A DNA stretch of 64,000 nucleotides from Stegostoma tigrinum (Eukaryota): contig NC_081359.1 in the NCBI RefSeq assembly GCF_030684315.1, positions 37,582,470 to 37,646,469 on the forward strand. Direction: 5' to 3'. The notes beneath the pieces were generated by a model. That model had not been told where the DNA came from, did not search any database, and saw nothing but the letters and a program-made list of their open reading frames with translations. Positions 1-13,494 of this stretch are shown here, piece by piece. The stretch's first letter is position 1; the number at the start of each line of letters is the position of its first letter. The position numbers and the translations under genes are program-made.

Positions 1-44
1 TTTCCAGTGCCTTCAAGCAAGCACATGTGAAACCCCATTGACAG

Positions 45-420
45 TTTTTTATGTTCATTTTTGGGATATGGGCCTCATTGTCTGGGCCAGAGTTTTAGTT
101 CCCATCCTGAGTTGCCCTTGCCTGGCTTGCAAGGTTATTTCAGATGGCATTTAAGCGCCAGCCACATTTCTGTATGTCTGGTGTCACATGCAGGCCAAAC
201 CAGGTATGGACAGCTGATTTCCTTCCTAAAAGGGAACAAATGAAATAGATGTTTTTCTTTTTCAGCATCTTTACAAAGTTGTCATTAGCCTGGTTTTTAA
301 TTTTAGATTTCTTTGAACTCAAATATCACCATCTCTACAGTGGGATTTGAATACCTTTTCCTAGAGCAGCATTCTCGATCTCAGGATTATAGTCCAGTGA
401 CACTACCGCTGCGCCACCAC
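45..420 (-). mobile_element. tRNA-headed bipartite SINE (5' head plus 3' tail of the LINE at 52280-59372)
   Basis: 121-420 resembles 59064-59372; 45-120 resembles the LINE 3' end at 52280-52360 (tgggatatgggcc...cccatcctgagttgcccttg). Confidence 0.75.
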
Positions 421-2526
421 CACCCCTCCATTCTAGCCCTCATTTTAGTAAATTCAGGAAGCTGAATATATATTCATTAAACCCCATTGTTGAAAAAGGG
501 ATCAACATCCGATAGACTTAATTTCAAAGGTTCGGACTTTGGGTTTAGCTCAGCTGCTTCCCTGAAAATATGTGCCAGACCATTGCAAAAGTGGTAGTGA
601 CCAATGGCTGTGTTCTAGGCAGGAGTGGAGCCAATCAGGATGAGGCGTATGGTGAACATCTGGGCTAGGAGTGGGCAGCAGTGTTGCTGTGAAGAAAGGA
701 AGATTTTTGCCTGGTCTTCAATAGAAAATGGTTGTCCTTTCATGAACCAAAGTTTATGCAGCTGTAAACCTTGCAAAACTAACTTCCAGTTGTGGTATGT
801 GCTCTCTCCATTTTGTTTGTTTACCAATTCTGGAGCGGAGTCTTACAATTGACTGCTTATTGAATAGTCCAGGAGCAACATGTCCATTTTAACTGATACC
901 AGAGATGTTTTTGGATCAGGGATCCAAAAACATTATTGATTTTGTTTCTGACACTACAGGAAATTAGTGTCCTAAATGCTCTTCATTTTATCCTGCCAAA
1001 ACACCTCTATCAAGTTTCATACTGTTACATTTTGCAAGTCAAATTAGTCTCTTCCTCATGGATGATTAATAGAGTTGAGGCAGAACGACAGTTCACCTGA
1101 CTGAATAAACTGCGTGGGTTTCCATGAAAACACACTTCCCACATTAGGCGAGGCTCCAGATGTTTTAAGTACTTTTGCTTTGGAACTTTCACAATTTGTT
1201 TTCTTAGGATGGCCCTGTTCATGCACTGACTTCATTTATCCTCATCGCTGCTCCAACTACAGCTGATACTTTTTGGCCCCTGCTCTTCTCTTGTGTAAGT
1301 CATAAAGATAGATGGAATGCAAAGCAAACGTTCGGCAGAGAGTAGAATTTGGACTCTGTTGCAACTATTAAAACAGTTGTAATAAGGTCTGATTAAAAGA
1401 GGCTAATAATTGGCCTAATTCTCATTTTAAGATGCACTGGATACCATACAGGTGAGTGGCTATCAGATTTGATTCCCTCAAGTTGCTGCCCTCAATGCGA
1501 ATGACTTTTCTTTGATATGGAGCTGGACAATGCAGGAGGTTATCTTCTGAATTCACAGCACACCAGAAGATCAACACTGGTGTTCAATTCCACTTTACTC
1601 CAGTAGCATGAGATAAAAGCTCTTAGCAACTCCCATACAACTAGGTCTTTGTTCATTGTGTAGATTGGACTTATTTTATGAATTGATATCAGTTTAGTTC
1701 ATTGTTTTCATTTTACCAAGTTCTTATCCTTCTGTTTTAATAACAGCAATTCTCTCCTTGATTTTAAGGCTGGATATTGACCTAAAGTGAAAGAAGTAAA
1801 AATCAGTTAGGATAGTAAACTGGCTACTGATTTTTTTTTTAATATTCATTTTAAAATAAAAGTCAATATCTTATCTTTTTATGTGACATGATTTCAATTC
1901 TGATTATGCTTTCTCGCTTCCCATGGAAGATTTTCAGTTCAGAATTTAAGATAAACCGAAAGTTTATATGGAGAAGTTGGTGGATCTTGCCCAAGCCTCA
2001 TACACCACATGTGCTTAATGAGGCTGGCAGAAAGATTGCAACATGTTGGTCTGTCAGTCGCAATAGTATCATACTGCGGCATATTCAAGCTTTTGTATTC
2101 AAGAAAGGCAGCTTCCTGGATGTATTTTTGTTATTCTGAAAGAATTTCCACATAAATACTCCCGGAGGTCCAGAGATAAACGTGCAAAATGTCATGTAAT
2201 TTTTCATCCTCGTTTTACCACTGTCCAACCTGCTAACATGTGCAGGTTAAAACCCCACTCTTCAACCCCAGCAACAGAAAAGCAGATGGTAAAATATCGC
2301 AGTGCACTTGTGCTATATGCGGAAAAGCAGAGTCAGCAAAAGAGTGAGGCATTTGCAATTTAATGAGTTATTCTATTAACATATTTTGTGCAGGGGGCAC
2401 CATTTAACCTTGAGCTAGGAAATGTTAGTACTATTACTAGAAGCAAACAAAAACAAACAATCAGCAGTAATAACATCATTGAAGTGTGCCACCAATTAGA
2501 TAAACCAATACCTAATTTACAATTGT

Positions 2527-3389
2527 ATCAGTGATAATGGGAACTGCAGATGCTGGAGAATCCAAGATAATGAAATGTGAGGCTGGATGAACACAGCAGG
2601 CCCAACCTCATCTCAGGAGCACAAAAGCTGACGTTTTTGGCCTAGACCCTTCATCAGAGAGGGGGATGGGGTGAGGGTTCTGGATTAAATAGGGAGAGAG
2701 GGGGAGGCAGACCGTAGGTGGAGAGGAGAACACCTCCGCTCGGTTCGCAATAAACAACTGCACCTCCTAGTCGCAAACCATTTCCACTCCCCCTCCCATT
2801 CTTGAGATGACGTGTCCATCATGGGCCTCCTGCAGTGCCACGATGATGCCACCCAAAGGTTGCAGGAACAGCAACTCATATTCCGCTTGGGAATCCTGCG
2901 GCCCAATGGTATCAATGTGGACTTCACCAGCTTCAAAATCTCCCCTTCCCCCACCGCATCCCAAAACCAGCCCAGTTCGTCCCCTCCCCCCACTGAACCA
3001 CACAACCAGCCCAGATCTTACCCTCCACCCACTGCTTCCCAAAACCAGTCCAACCTGTCTCTGCCTCCCTAACCTGTTCTTCCTCTCACCCATCCCTTCC
3101 TCCCACCCCAAGCCGCACCTCCATCTCCTACCTACTAACCTCATCCCACCTTCTTGACCTGTCCGTCTTCCTTGGACTGACCTATCTCCTCCCTACCTCC
3201 CCACCTATACTCTCCTCTCCACCTATCTTCTTTTCTCTCCATCTTCGGTCCGCCTCCCCCTCTCTCCCTATTTATTCCAGAACCCTCACCCCATCTCCCT
3301 CTCTGATGAAGGGTCTAGGCCCGAAACATCAGCTTTTGTGCTCCTGAGATGCTGCTGGGCCTGCTGTGTTCATCCAGCCTCAATTTCAT
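2527..3389. mobile_element. Two-armed Neptune-like PLE insertion, family A (left arm minus and tailed; right arm plus and tail-less)
   Basis: 18-bp TSD tacctaatttacaattgt at 2509-2526 and 3390-3407; arm junction with AGA microhomology at 2727-2729; right arm encodes the endonuclease C-terminus (MSIMGLLQC...GINVDF). Confidence 0.92.
3301..3332 (+). ncRNA. Minimal hammerhead ribozyme motif (family A, CpG-decayed stem III)
   Basis: CTGATGA-A-GGG tctagg CCC-GAAA-CATC. Confidence 0.6.
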
Positions 3390-3529
3390 TACCTAATTTA
3401 CAATTGTCCAGTTTCAGAAGATTCTCACCTCTACATCTAATAACTGCATAACAGCTTTGTGAAGTAATTTACTAGCCAGTTCCATCTGGCGCTTCCTCCT
3501 CCAAGCAACTGAGTACCTTAAAGTTGGCA

Positions 3530-3725
3530 TGAGTGTAATTTTTACATTACTGGGCTAGTAATCTTGTCTCCTAGAGGTATTGGTTAACTAACTAGGGATC
3601 ATGAGATCAAACCCCACCATAATTATTAGAGAATATATAAATTACGGAATAGAAAACAGATACCAGAGTATTCAAGAAGCTATTGGAATGTCATGTAAAC
3701 CTATCTGGTGCCTAAGGTAGTACAT
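3530..3725 (+). mobile_element. Degraded tRNA-headed SINE fragment
   Basis: Weak match to the SINE head (actgggctagtaatc...gatcaaaccccaccat...aaacctatctggtg). Confidence 0.45.
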
Positions 3726-5399
3726 TAATGAGCTTTGAGTGGAGAGAGAGAAGATTCAATTATTTACTTCAGGTTTTATGTATTTGCTGTTATTCTTTTA
3801 TTTCCACAGTCCTCCTATATTACCAAAAATAGTCAATATAGTTTGCAATCTGTCATTTTTTTCAATGTGAATTGAGAAAAGAAGTCAGCTTTCTAAAGGT
3901 CAGGGAAACAAACTGACTGATTCCTGTGATTTCTCCTGTGATTATTCAAAGAGATCACCATGGCATAAAAGATGAAGACAATAGTTGACTGTCTCTCAAG
4001 TTCTGAAGTTTTCAAATATTTCTGTCTAGAAAACCTTACAAAATGAGATGTTTCCAAGTGTCCTGTAAAAGCATAGAGATGCTGAGAGGATCCATACTTT
4101 TAAAATACAACAGGTGAATATTCTTCATCCACTTGTTTTAGAGCTCCTGGCAAATACATTGGCAATTCAGTTATGACCCCAGTTAATGAGCTTCAGATTT
4201 TGTACTAATGATGACATATTAAATGTTGTGTGTTGGAAATTCCAATGTGCACACCTGAAATTTGATAGCAAGAATGCGAAATAGGAAAATATAATTAGGC
4301 TTTAGCTAATTAAAAGTCAGTACTGTTCTGACTGCAAAAGACAATTTTTCTTAGCATCCAGTAATGTAAAGTGCTGTGAAAATGCTAATACCATTGTTGC
4401 TCTGATCACTGACCTGGATTAGCTCCTAGTTTAGCGAAAATGTGATTTTAAAATCTGCATTTTCCTTACAATCCCTCCCTACCTTTGTAATCTCTTCTAA
4501 ATCAAAAAGCCATCCCACCCCTAAGATATGTGCTCCTTGAATTCAAAAAATTGTCCATCCTGAGTTTAATAATCCTTTTCAAGCCCTAAGCCTTAAAATT
4601 CCCTCCATAAATTTATCTCAGTAGCATCATCAACATGGTGTCAGGGTATGGAAAGCCAAGAGAAAGCTATAATTTTTTGGCTGACTCTTAATAACATGTG
4701 TAAGTTCTCAAAGCTAATAGTTAAGTTTTTGGATGATGATGTTCAGGTCACAGGAATCCAGCCAATTTTTAAAGAGCCAAAGACTGTGGACCCAATTTCC
4801 CTTTATTTCTCAAGCATTATCATTAAGTATTAGAGTACAGGACCATGAACAATTACAACAAATTAAAAAATATTATTGGATGGACCAGGAACACACCTTC
4901 AGCTAGACACAAGTCTCGTGTGTTGCCCCTTAGTGTAAAAGGGGAGCTAAGTGTGACTCAGAGGCCAGCAGCCTGTGGATGCTGTTTTTGAAAAACTCCT
5001 AAAACTGAGACTATTTTACCATGTTGAACACTGAATAGCAAATTTCATTAAACAAGTGTACCGTAGCATAATGGCCTATATAAAGTAATCTTGAAGAGTA
5101 ATTTGGAATCATATTGCCACTATTCACAGACATAAGGTGTGAACACCCTCCGAGAAGGAGTTTGATATACATTAATCCTCCTGAAATCTCCAAAATGGCT
5201 GTATCTGTGGAGCCATCCATAAACTTGCCTTGTGAAGCACAGAAACTTTGAAAAGTTGGACAACGTGTTCAAAAATTATGTCCATGGTCAATAGGGAAAG
5301 CAAAACTTGGAGGGTGGGTGGTAAATGTAGATTAAAGGGTTAATTATACCTTAGCCTAACTAACTACTGAGCATGTGCAGAAGGAGTATTATCATAGTG

Positions 5400-5624
5400 A
5401 TAACACAGTATGGAGCTGGAGGAACACAGCACGCCAGGCAGCATCAGAGGGGCAGGAATGTCGATGTTTCGGGTTAGGAGTCTTCTTCAGAATTGGAAGA
5501 AGGGCCCCAACCTGAAATGAAAACTTTCCTACTTCTCTGATGCTGTCTGGTCTGCTGTGTTCCTTTAGCTCCACACCGTGTCGTCTCTGATTCCAGCATC
5601 TGCAGTTCTTACCATCTCCAAGTG
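5400..5624. mobile_element. Mini two-armed PLE hairpin (MITE-like)
   Basis: Inverted pLTR ends meeting near 5492; TSD attatcatagtg at 5388-5399 and 5625-5636; left arm tail-less, right arm tailed. Confidence 0.85.
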
Positions 5625-5889
5625 ATTATCATAGTGCTGTCGTGGAACGCCTAAAACCAGAAGATGACTCTTACCATCATATATGTGTACAGTTATGCCT
5701 AATAAATTCTATTAATTGCCGTTAACCTGAGTGTAGACCTGATCTCACTACAATCGCAGCAAGACCATAAGGAATTAAGATATCTAAGAAGTGACAAGTA
5801 ACATTTCCCAGCAAATTCTTTAGATGCATTCTAAGTATTTCATGGCTTATATCAAATGCATTGGTGAAGGAATAGAGAACTTTTCTTAG

Positions 5890-6370
5890 GAGCACAGAAA
5901 CTCAATAAAGCGGAGCAGGTGTCATTTGAACGTTCTCCACCATTCAATATGATCATGGTTCATAATCCAACTTAGTATCCTGTTCCCACTTTTTCCAGTT
6001 CCCCTTTGATCAATTTAGTACTAAGAACTACATCTAAATCCTTCTTGAAAACTTTCAGTGTTTTGGCCTCAAATACTTCATGTGGCAGAAATTTCTGTCA
6101 ACTTTCCACTCTTGAATCCAGAAAAAGTTTCAAGTCAAATCAAGTATTCAAGTCTGCATATGATGTGAAGTTTGAATTTGCACATGTAGATTCGAGCATG
6201 CATTTATTAAAGGCATTACATAGACAAGTGAGAAAAACTATGACAGATGGATTGTAATGTAAGTAAGTATAATGTTATTTACTTTGGATCTGAGACAGAC
6301 AGACCAGAATAATTTCTGAATAGTGACAGACTGGTACTGGCAGAAGCACAAATGGATTTAGGCTCCTTAT
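5890..6370. mobile_element. Decayed CR1 LINE fragments (minus-strand 3' end, then plus-strand RT piece)
   Basis: ccaccattcaatatgatcatgg 3'UTR-like motif; KFADD-like and VIHFG-like remnants at 6150-6290. Confidence 0.55.
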
Positions 6371-7204
6371 TTGATCAGTAGCAATAACTAGTCAATGGTA
6401 TTCAGGTAAAGATCAACAATAGTCTAATTGAAAAGATTGCAAGAACTAATCAGCAGAAATGGTTATTCCCGCACTTATCTTCATAAACATCAACAAAAAG
6501 TACTGCATTAAAAAAAAACCATAAAAATTGCATTACACTTACAATCGTCTGAGTGCCCAAAATAGCAGTAACAAGTTGATGGGCACTTCTGGTCAAAAGT
6601 GCATAAAATGTCATATGGAACGGTAGGGGACCTAATCATAGCTTGAGATCACCTCTATGATACCGGTTTGCAGCCAGAGCCATTGTGATCTTCTAGGAAA
6701 CTAGGCTTATAATTGCATGCAACACAGAAACTAAGCAACTTAAGTAAATACATTGCCAGGAAGAGCAGGTATGTTCCTCTTGACCAGACATATAAGGAGT
6801 GCTGGTTGTTGGTAGCAACAATCAACCTCCCCACTGATTTGCATCAAGAGCCTAAATCTCTCTGTTAGTTTAAGGCCTAATTTTTACCCTTCCGTCTAAT
6901 TGCTGACCTTGTGCTGAATCTCTAGTCCCCTGAGACAAATGTTCGGGATTATTCTGTCCCCATTTGCTCTTGACCTACGTACCCCTGACCTACAATTGCC
7001 TTCCACTCCCTAGCCTCCTTTGTTTTTCACCAAGGCACCCCTCATCCTTCCCATACCAAGCTTTGAATATCCCCCCTCTGGACACCTTTTCTCTAAGTTG
7101 CTCTTTAATTGTCTGATGGTCACAAATAACAACCTGATCCTTTCTCATTCAGGAGGGTCTTTAGCTCCTTGTCAGTTTGATCCTTATTGGGTCTGAGACC
7201 CAGT

Positions 7205-7690
7205 ATTAACTCTGACTTCACCAGCTGATAGTGGCAACATTTAAAAAGCTAAACACCATCCTGGACAAAACAGCTGCTTGGTTAGAACCTCACCCATTAC
7301 CTTCAATATTTACTCCTTCTACCCTGAGACACAGAGGCAGCACTGTGTATTATGTACAAAATACACTGCAACAACATGCCAATACTCTTTCAACAGCACC
7401 CTCTGGACCTCTATCACCTCTAAGAAAATGGAAGCAGTGTCATGGGAAAACCCCCACCAGCCTGTTACCCCAAAGTGACATATCACCCTGACTGAAAAAT
7501 ATATCGCTGCTCTTTGTCACTGTGTCAATAATCCTGAAACTTTTTTGCTAACAGCAGCCTGGGTTTGTGTACATAAATTGAACTGCAGTAGTTCAAGAAT
7601 TCAACCACACTGCCACATCCTCAGTAATGGATGATCAACAACTGGTGACTTTGCCAGTGACATCCACGGGCCATGGAAGATTTTTTTTAA
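7205..7690 (+). mobile_element. 3' fragment of the tRNA-headed LINE family
   Basis: Translates as FKKLNTILDKTAAW, matching LKKLDTIPDKAAHL at 52653-52994; ends ctttgccagtgacatccac. Confidence 0.7.
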
Positions 7691-9546
7691 GATTGACCAT
7701 TGTAGTTGCAGTCCAAGACTTATTTGTACCTTCATGCAAAATTTTAGCACCACCTGCTATATGAATATCTATCAAATTAGATGTAGTCTTACTTTTGTTT
7801 GCAAAGAGGATTTACAAGTGCTGCATTTTTAAAAACTTTGTTATTGCTTTTCCAATTGCATTGCAGGGCTGAACTTGAATAATATCGTTTAGATGGAGAA
7901 TATTGCATCTGGATCATGCATCGCTGCTGTCACACTTTGCATAATTGGCTTACACGCATAAAATGTTACTGAAGAATCCAAGAAAAGTGCACTTCCTGAA
8001 AAAAATCACATGCTTGAAAATGGAAAACTTGGTTTATCAGTTCCTCTGCAAAATCTTAGCTGTTGCACGATAACATAGAATCTAGAGAGTGTTGTATGTT
8101 AGTCAGGTTCTCATTAATCACCAAACAGTTGAATCTTTTACTGGACTGCTTGTAAATTCTTGCAGGCACTTTATTTATTGATAGCAAGAAACACTGTTGC
8201 ATGCCTAATAGCTAGAAACTGCAAGGCTTACTGATTTTCAGAGACATGCATGTAAATTCACCTTTAATCAATGGAAAAGAACAAGGTGTTTTGGTACAAC
8301 CTCGAAAATATCTGCTTCTATATCTGATTAAAATATTTAAAAAGACATGAATTGTTAATTTCAAAGATATAGAAACATGTATGCTTGAATGTCATTTCCC
8401 AGTCACATTCTTCAATGAAGCACCACTCATTCATTCACATCAGAGCATATTATAGTGGCTCTTCACATTTATAGAGATTGAAAGAAGGCTTAGATGTTGA
8501 TATTTTATGTTAAAGACAGGCCAAATCATGTTGCTTTGTAAATATTTTTATAAGAGGAAAGATACAATGGTATAATTTTCCTCCAGTGTTGTACTTTTCT
8601 AATAATAGCAACATAAATCTTAACAAATATCTCATCAAAACAAAATTCTATTTAGATATCTTCATGTCACTTTGACTTCTCTGTTTTACAGGAAATCATA
8701 ACAGTTAGTAAGTATTGATTTACAGTAATCAATACCTACTTGCTATTTTTGGATATTGATTATATTTCCATTCTAATGCCGCTTCTGTCTCACCTCCCTC
8801 ATTTGTGATGGCAAAGTGTATTACTCACAAGCGTTTTCAGCCAAATACTGCATGAGATGTGGTAACAGCTCAATGACAGCTCTTTCCCACGCTCTTCTGC
8901 ACCTTCTGCTCGGAGACAGCTGACCTCCCACATAACAAGGCTGAAATCGGGGCCACATGGCATGGTACATCAAATTTCTCACCCCAGCATTGCTCCAAAA
9001 TTGATTTTAGTTTCCTCCTGAAACACTGCAAAATGTGATGTCCCTTTACTTACATTTCCATTTAGCTGACTACCACTCATGACTTAGTTCACTATAGGCC
9101 TGAGCATGGTAGTTCCTTTCCTCTTCACTATAAAGGAAAGCAGAATGAATTGCACAAGGGGGAAATTGTAGCAATAGTTTATTGTCAATGTTCCAGATCT
9201 GACAGAATTAACCAAATTGTAGCTTGATTTAAAAAATGGAACTGACTGTTAAACATTGCAAGGTATGTAGCATTTAGAAAGGATACTGAAGGAAAGGTTG
9301 AGCAACTATTCTAATTCTCCATAACATAAAAAGTTTTAAAAATAAAGACTTAAAGGTCGGAATAAAATTCATATCAATTTAAAAGTGTAGAAAGAGATTA
9401 AGTGTGCTGATGTAGATCACCTGATAATGAAACAAGAATGAAATTTAAAAAATGCAAGCAACTCAATGAGATGAGTAGAAGATATAGAATAAACATTATA
9501 GTTTCAAGGCAAGTTGGGTGAACGGAGGTTCAGAATGGAGTTCTTC

Positions 9547-9681
9547 TAGAGATAATAGGAACTGCCGATGCTGAAGAATCTGAGATAACAAGGTGTAGAG
9601 CTGGATGAGCGCAGCAGGCCAAGCAGCATCAGAGGAGCAGGAAGGCTGATGTTTCGGGTTTTGGCCTTCCTTCAGAAATCA
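9547..9681 (-). mobile_element. Solo tailed PLE family A 3' end
   Basis: gagataataggaactgccgatgctg...ccttcagaaa; flanking direct repeat agttcttc at 9539-9546 and 9682-9689. Confidence 0.85.
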
Positions 9682-11031
9682 AGTTCTTCAACTGTGTATA
9701 TGCCAAATTATTTACAGCATACTTTCAAAGCCCAACCGAGGAATTATTCTTTAAGCTAGTTACAGAAAATGAGCCAGAACAGACAGGGCATGTTAGCATG
9801 AGGGAACCTCCAGGCAACAGTAATCATGATAATAATTTTTAAGATAATTATCGAATGCATCTGACCATAAGACCATAGTACTATAATAAATAGGAGCAGG
9901 AGTAGGTCATGTGTCCCATTAAGCCTGCTCTGCCATTCAATAGGATTATGATCCAATATTCCTCATGTCCACTTTGCTGCACTTTCCCCATAAACATTGA
10001 TTCCCTCCCTGGTCAAGAATCTATCTGTCTCAGTCTTAAATATAGACAAGGACTCTACGCCCATTATTCCTTGTGGCAAGGAGTTCCAAAGACACACACC
10101 TTAAGAGAAGAAATTCCTCCTCATCTCAGAATGAGATCTAACTGATAGCTAAGTTCTGTACCCATGAGGATGTCCTCAAGCACGATCTTGGGTTCATGTC
10201 ATGCTACTCATAACCTGACCATACTGTTCTATGTAAAACTTTCCTCACTGCTCTGTTTTGACCTGATCACCTTGATAACTTGTTATTATCTCTCTACCTT
10301 AATTAGCTTGTACGGTTTTGGATTACTTGTCACTTTGGGTAGGCCCTCGTCATGTGACTCTCAGACCTACAGTGTAATTCCATGCATTTAGTTTGTCTCT
10401 GTCAAGATCCCATTTTTGACATTTCATAGTTATTAATCAGATCATAGGTCATCCCTTCACTTGCTATTCAGCTGCTGATACTTTATTCAAACTATTTGAC
10501 ACTTTTGATCACCTGCAGAGACTTGTTATTTAGCTTGTTGAAAATCCACTCCAAATGTTTGTATTTATCTTTCAACATTATTAGTTATCTGGAATTATTT
10601 TTCCATTATCTGTCTGCATGTAAATTCTGTGCAATTCCCTCCATTTCACCTGATGAAGGAGCAGCGCTCCAAAAGATTATGATTTCAAATAAACCTGTTC
10701 TACAATAACCTGGTCAACAAAATGTGAGGCTGGATGAACACAGCAGGCCAAGCAGCATCTCAGGAGCACAAAAGCTGATGTTTTGGGCCTAGACCCTTCA
10801 TCAGAGAGGGGAATGGGGTGAGGGTTCTGGAATAAATAGGGAGAGAGGGGGAGGCGGACCGAAGATGGGGCGAAAAGAAGATAGGTGGAGAGGAGAGTAT
10901 AGGTGGGGAGGTAGGGAGGGGATAGGTCAGTCCAGGGAAGACGGACAGGTCAAGGAGGTGGGATGAGGTTAGTAGGTAGAGGGGTGTGCGGCTTGGGGTG
11001 GGAGGAAGGGATGGGTGAGAGGAAGAACAGG

Positions 11032-12792
11032 TTAGGGAGGTGGAGACAGGTTGGACTGGTTTTGGGATGCAGTGGGTGGAGGGGAAGAGCTGGGCTGGTT
11101 GTGTGGTTCAGTGGGGGTAGGGGACGAACTGGACTGGTTTAGGGATGCAGTTGGGGAAGGGGAGATTTTGAAACTGGTGAAGTCCACATTGATACCATTA
11201 GGCAGCAGGGTTCCCAGGCGGAAAATGAGTTGCTGTTCCTGCAACCTTCGGGTGGCATCATTGTGGCACTGCAGGAGGCCCATGATGGACATGTCATCTA
11301 AAGAATGGGCGGGGGAGTGGAAATGGTTTGCGACTGGGAGGTGCAGTAGTTTGTTGCAAACTGAGCGGAGGTGTTCTGCAAAGCGGCCTCCAAGCCTCCG
11401 CTTGGTTTCCCCAATGTAGAGGTAGCCACACCGGGTACAGTGGATGCAGTATACCACATTGGCAGATGTGCAGGTGAACCTCTGCTTAATGTGGAATGTC
11501 ATCTTGGGGCCTGGGATAGGGGTGAGGGGGGAGGTGTGGGGACAAGTGTAGCATTTCCTGCAGTTGCAGGAGAAGGTGCCGGGTGTGGTGGGGTTGGAGG
11601 GCAGTGTGGAGCGAACAAGGGAGTCACGGAGAGAGTGGTCTCTCTGGAAAGCAGACAGGGGTGGGGATGGAAAAATGTCTTGGGTGGTGGGGTCGGATTG
11701 TAAATGGCAGAAGTGTCGGAGGATGATGCGTTGTATCCGGAGGTTGGTGGGGTGGTGTGTGAGAACGACGGGGATCCTCTTTGGGCGGTTGTGGCGGGGG
11801 GGGCGGGGCGTGAGGGACGTGTTGCGGGAAATATGGGAGACGCGGTCGAGGGCGTTCTCGATCACTTGAAGAACTTGGACATCTGGGATGTGCGGGAGTG
11901 GAATGTCTTATCTTGGGAGCAGATGCGGCGGAGGCGGAGGAATTGGGAATAGGGGATGGAATTTTTGCAGGAGGGTGGGTGGGAGGAGGTGTATTCTAGG
12001 TAGCTGTGGGAGTCGGTGGGCTTGAAATGGACATCAGTTACAAGCTGGTTGCCTGAGATGGAGACTGAGAGGTCCAGGAAGGTGAGGGATGTGCTGGAGA
12101 TGGCCCAGGTGAACTGAAGGTTGGGGTTGAAGGTGTTGGTGAAGTGGATGAACTGTTCGAGCTCCTCTGGGGAGCAAGAGGTGGCGCCGATACAGTCATC
12201 AATGTACCGGAGGAAGAGGTGGGGTTTGGGGCCTGTGTAGGTGCGGAAGAGGGACTGTTCCACGTAACCTACAAAGAGGCAGGCATAGCTGGGGCCCATG
12301 AGGGTGCCCATGGCCACCCCCTTAGTCTGTAGGAAGTGGGAGGATTCAAAAGAGAAGTTGAGGGTGAGGATGAGTTCGGCTAGGCAGATGAGGGTGTCGG
12401 TGGAGGGGGACTGGTCGGGCCTGCGGGACAGGAAGAAGCGGAGGGCCTTGAGGCCATCTGCATGCGGAATGCAGGTGTATAGGGACTGGACGTCCATGGT
12501 GAAGATGAGGTGTTGGGGGCCAGGGAATTGGAAGTCCTGGAGGAAGTGGAGGGTGTGGGTGGTGTCACGGACGTAGGTGGGGAGTTCCTGGACCAAAGGA
12601 GAGAAAATGGAGTCCAGATAGGTGGAGATGTGTTCGGTGGGGCAGGAGCAGGCTGAGACGATTGGTCGACCAGGGCAGGCAGGTTTGTGGATTTTGGGAA
12701 GGAGATAGAATCGGGCCGTGCGGGGTTGGGGAACAATGAGGTTGGAGGCTGTGGGTGGGAGGCCCCCTGAGGTGATGAGGTCATGAATGGTT
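11032..12792 (-). pseudogene. PLE RT plus GIY-YIG ORF, 5'-truncated, with a 22-nt frameshifting deletion near 11866
   Basis: TMDVQSLYTCI, QTKGVAMGT, FLRYIDD, Cys linker CNCRKCYTC, NVVYCIHCTRCGYLYIGETKRRL; deletion seen against 61586-61607. Confidence 0.93.
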
Positions 12793-13237
12793 CACCTGCA
12801 CATCTGCCAATGTGGTATACTGCATCCACTGTACCCGGTGTGGCTACCTCTACATTGGGGAAACCAAGCGGAGGCTTGGAGACTGCTTTGCAGAACACTT
12901 CCACGCAGTTCGCAACAAACTACTGCACCTCCCAGTCGCAAACCATTTCCACTCCCCCTCCCATTCTTTAGATGACATGTCCATTATGGGCCTCCTGCAG
13001 TGCCACAATGATGCCACCCGAAGGTTGCAGGAACAGCAACTCATATTCTGCCTGGGAACCCTACAGCCTAGTGGTATCAATGTGGACTTCACCAGTTTCA
13101 AAATCTCCCCTTCCCCAACTGCATCCCTAAACCAGCCCAGTTCGTCCCCTCCCCCCACTGCACCACACAACCAGCCCAGCTCTTCCCCTCCACCCACTGC
13201 ATCCCAAAACCAGTCCAACCTGTCTCCGCCTCCCTAA
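12789..13237 (+). pseudogene. PLE GIY-YIG endonuclease fragment (right arm)
   Basis: VVYCIHCTRCGYLYIGETKRRLGDCFAEH...GINVDF. Confidence 0.92.
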
Positions 13238-13462
13238 CCTGTTCTTCCTCTCACCCATCCCTTCCTCCCACCCCAAGCCGCACCCCCATCTACCTACTAA
13301 CCTCATCCCACCTCCTTGACCTGTCCGTCTTCCCTGGACTGACCTATCCCCTCCCTACCTCCCCACCTATACTCTCCTCTCCACCTATCTTCTTTTCTCT
13401 CCATCTTCGGTCCGCCTCCCCCTCTCTCCCTATTTATTCCAGAACCCTCACCCCATCCCCCT

Positions 13463-13494
13463 CTCTGATGAAGGGTCTAGGCCCGAAACGTCAG
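13463..13494 (+). ncRNA. Minimal hammerhead ribozyme motif, intact core (family A)
   Basis: CTGATGA (13465-13471)-A-GGGTCTAGGCCC-GAAACGTC; palindromic ACGT stem III; predicted cleavage after C13492. Confidence 0.75.

Noticed and set aside
11051-13218. Recurrent antisense ORF MDWFWDAVGGGEELGW... (also 60774-61142)
   Set aside because: It is the shadow frame of the GIY-YIG ORF, recurring only because the element is repeated.
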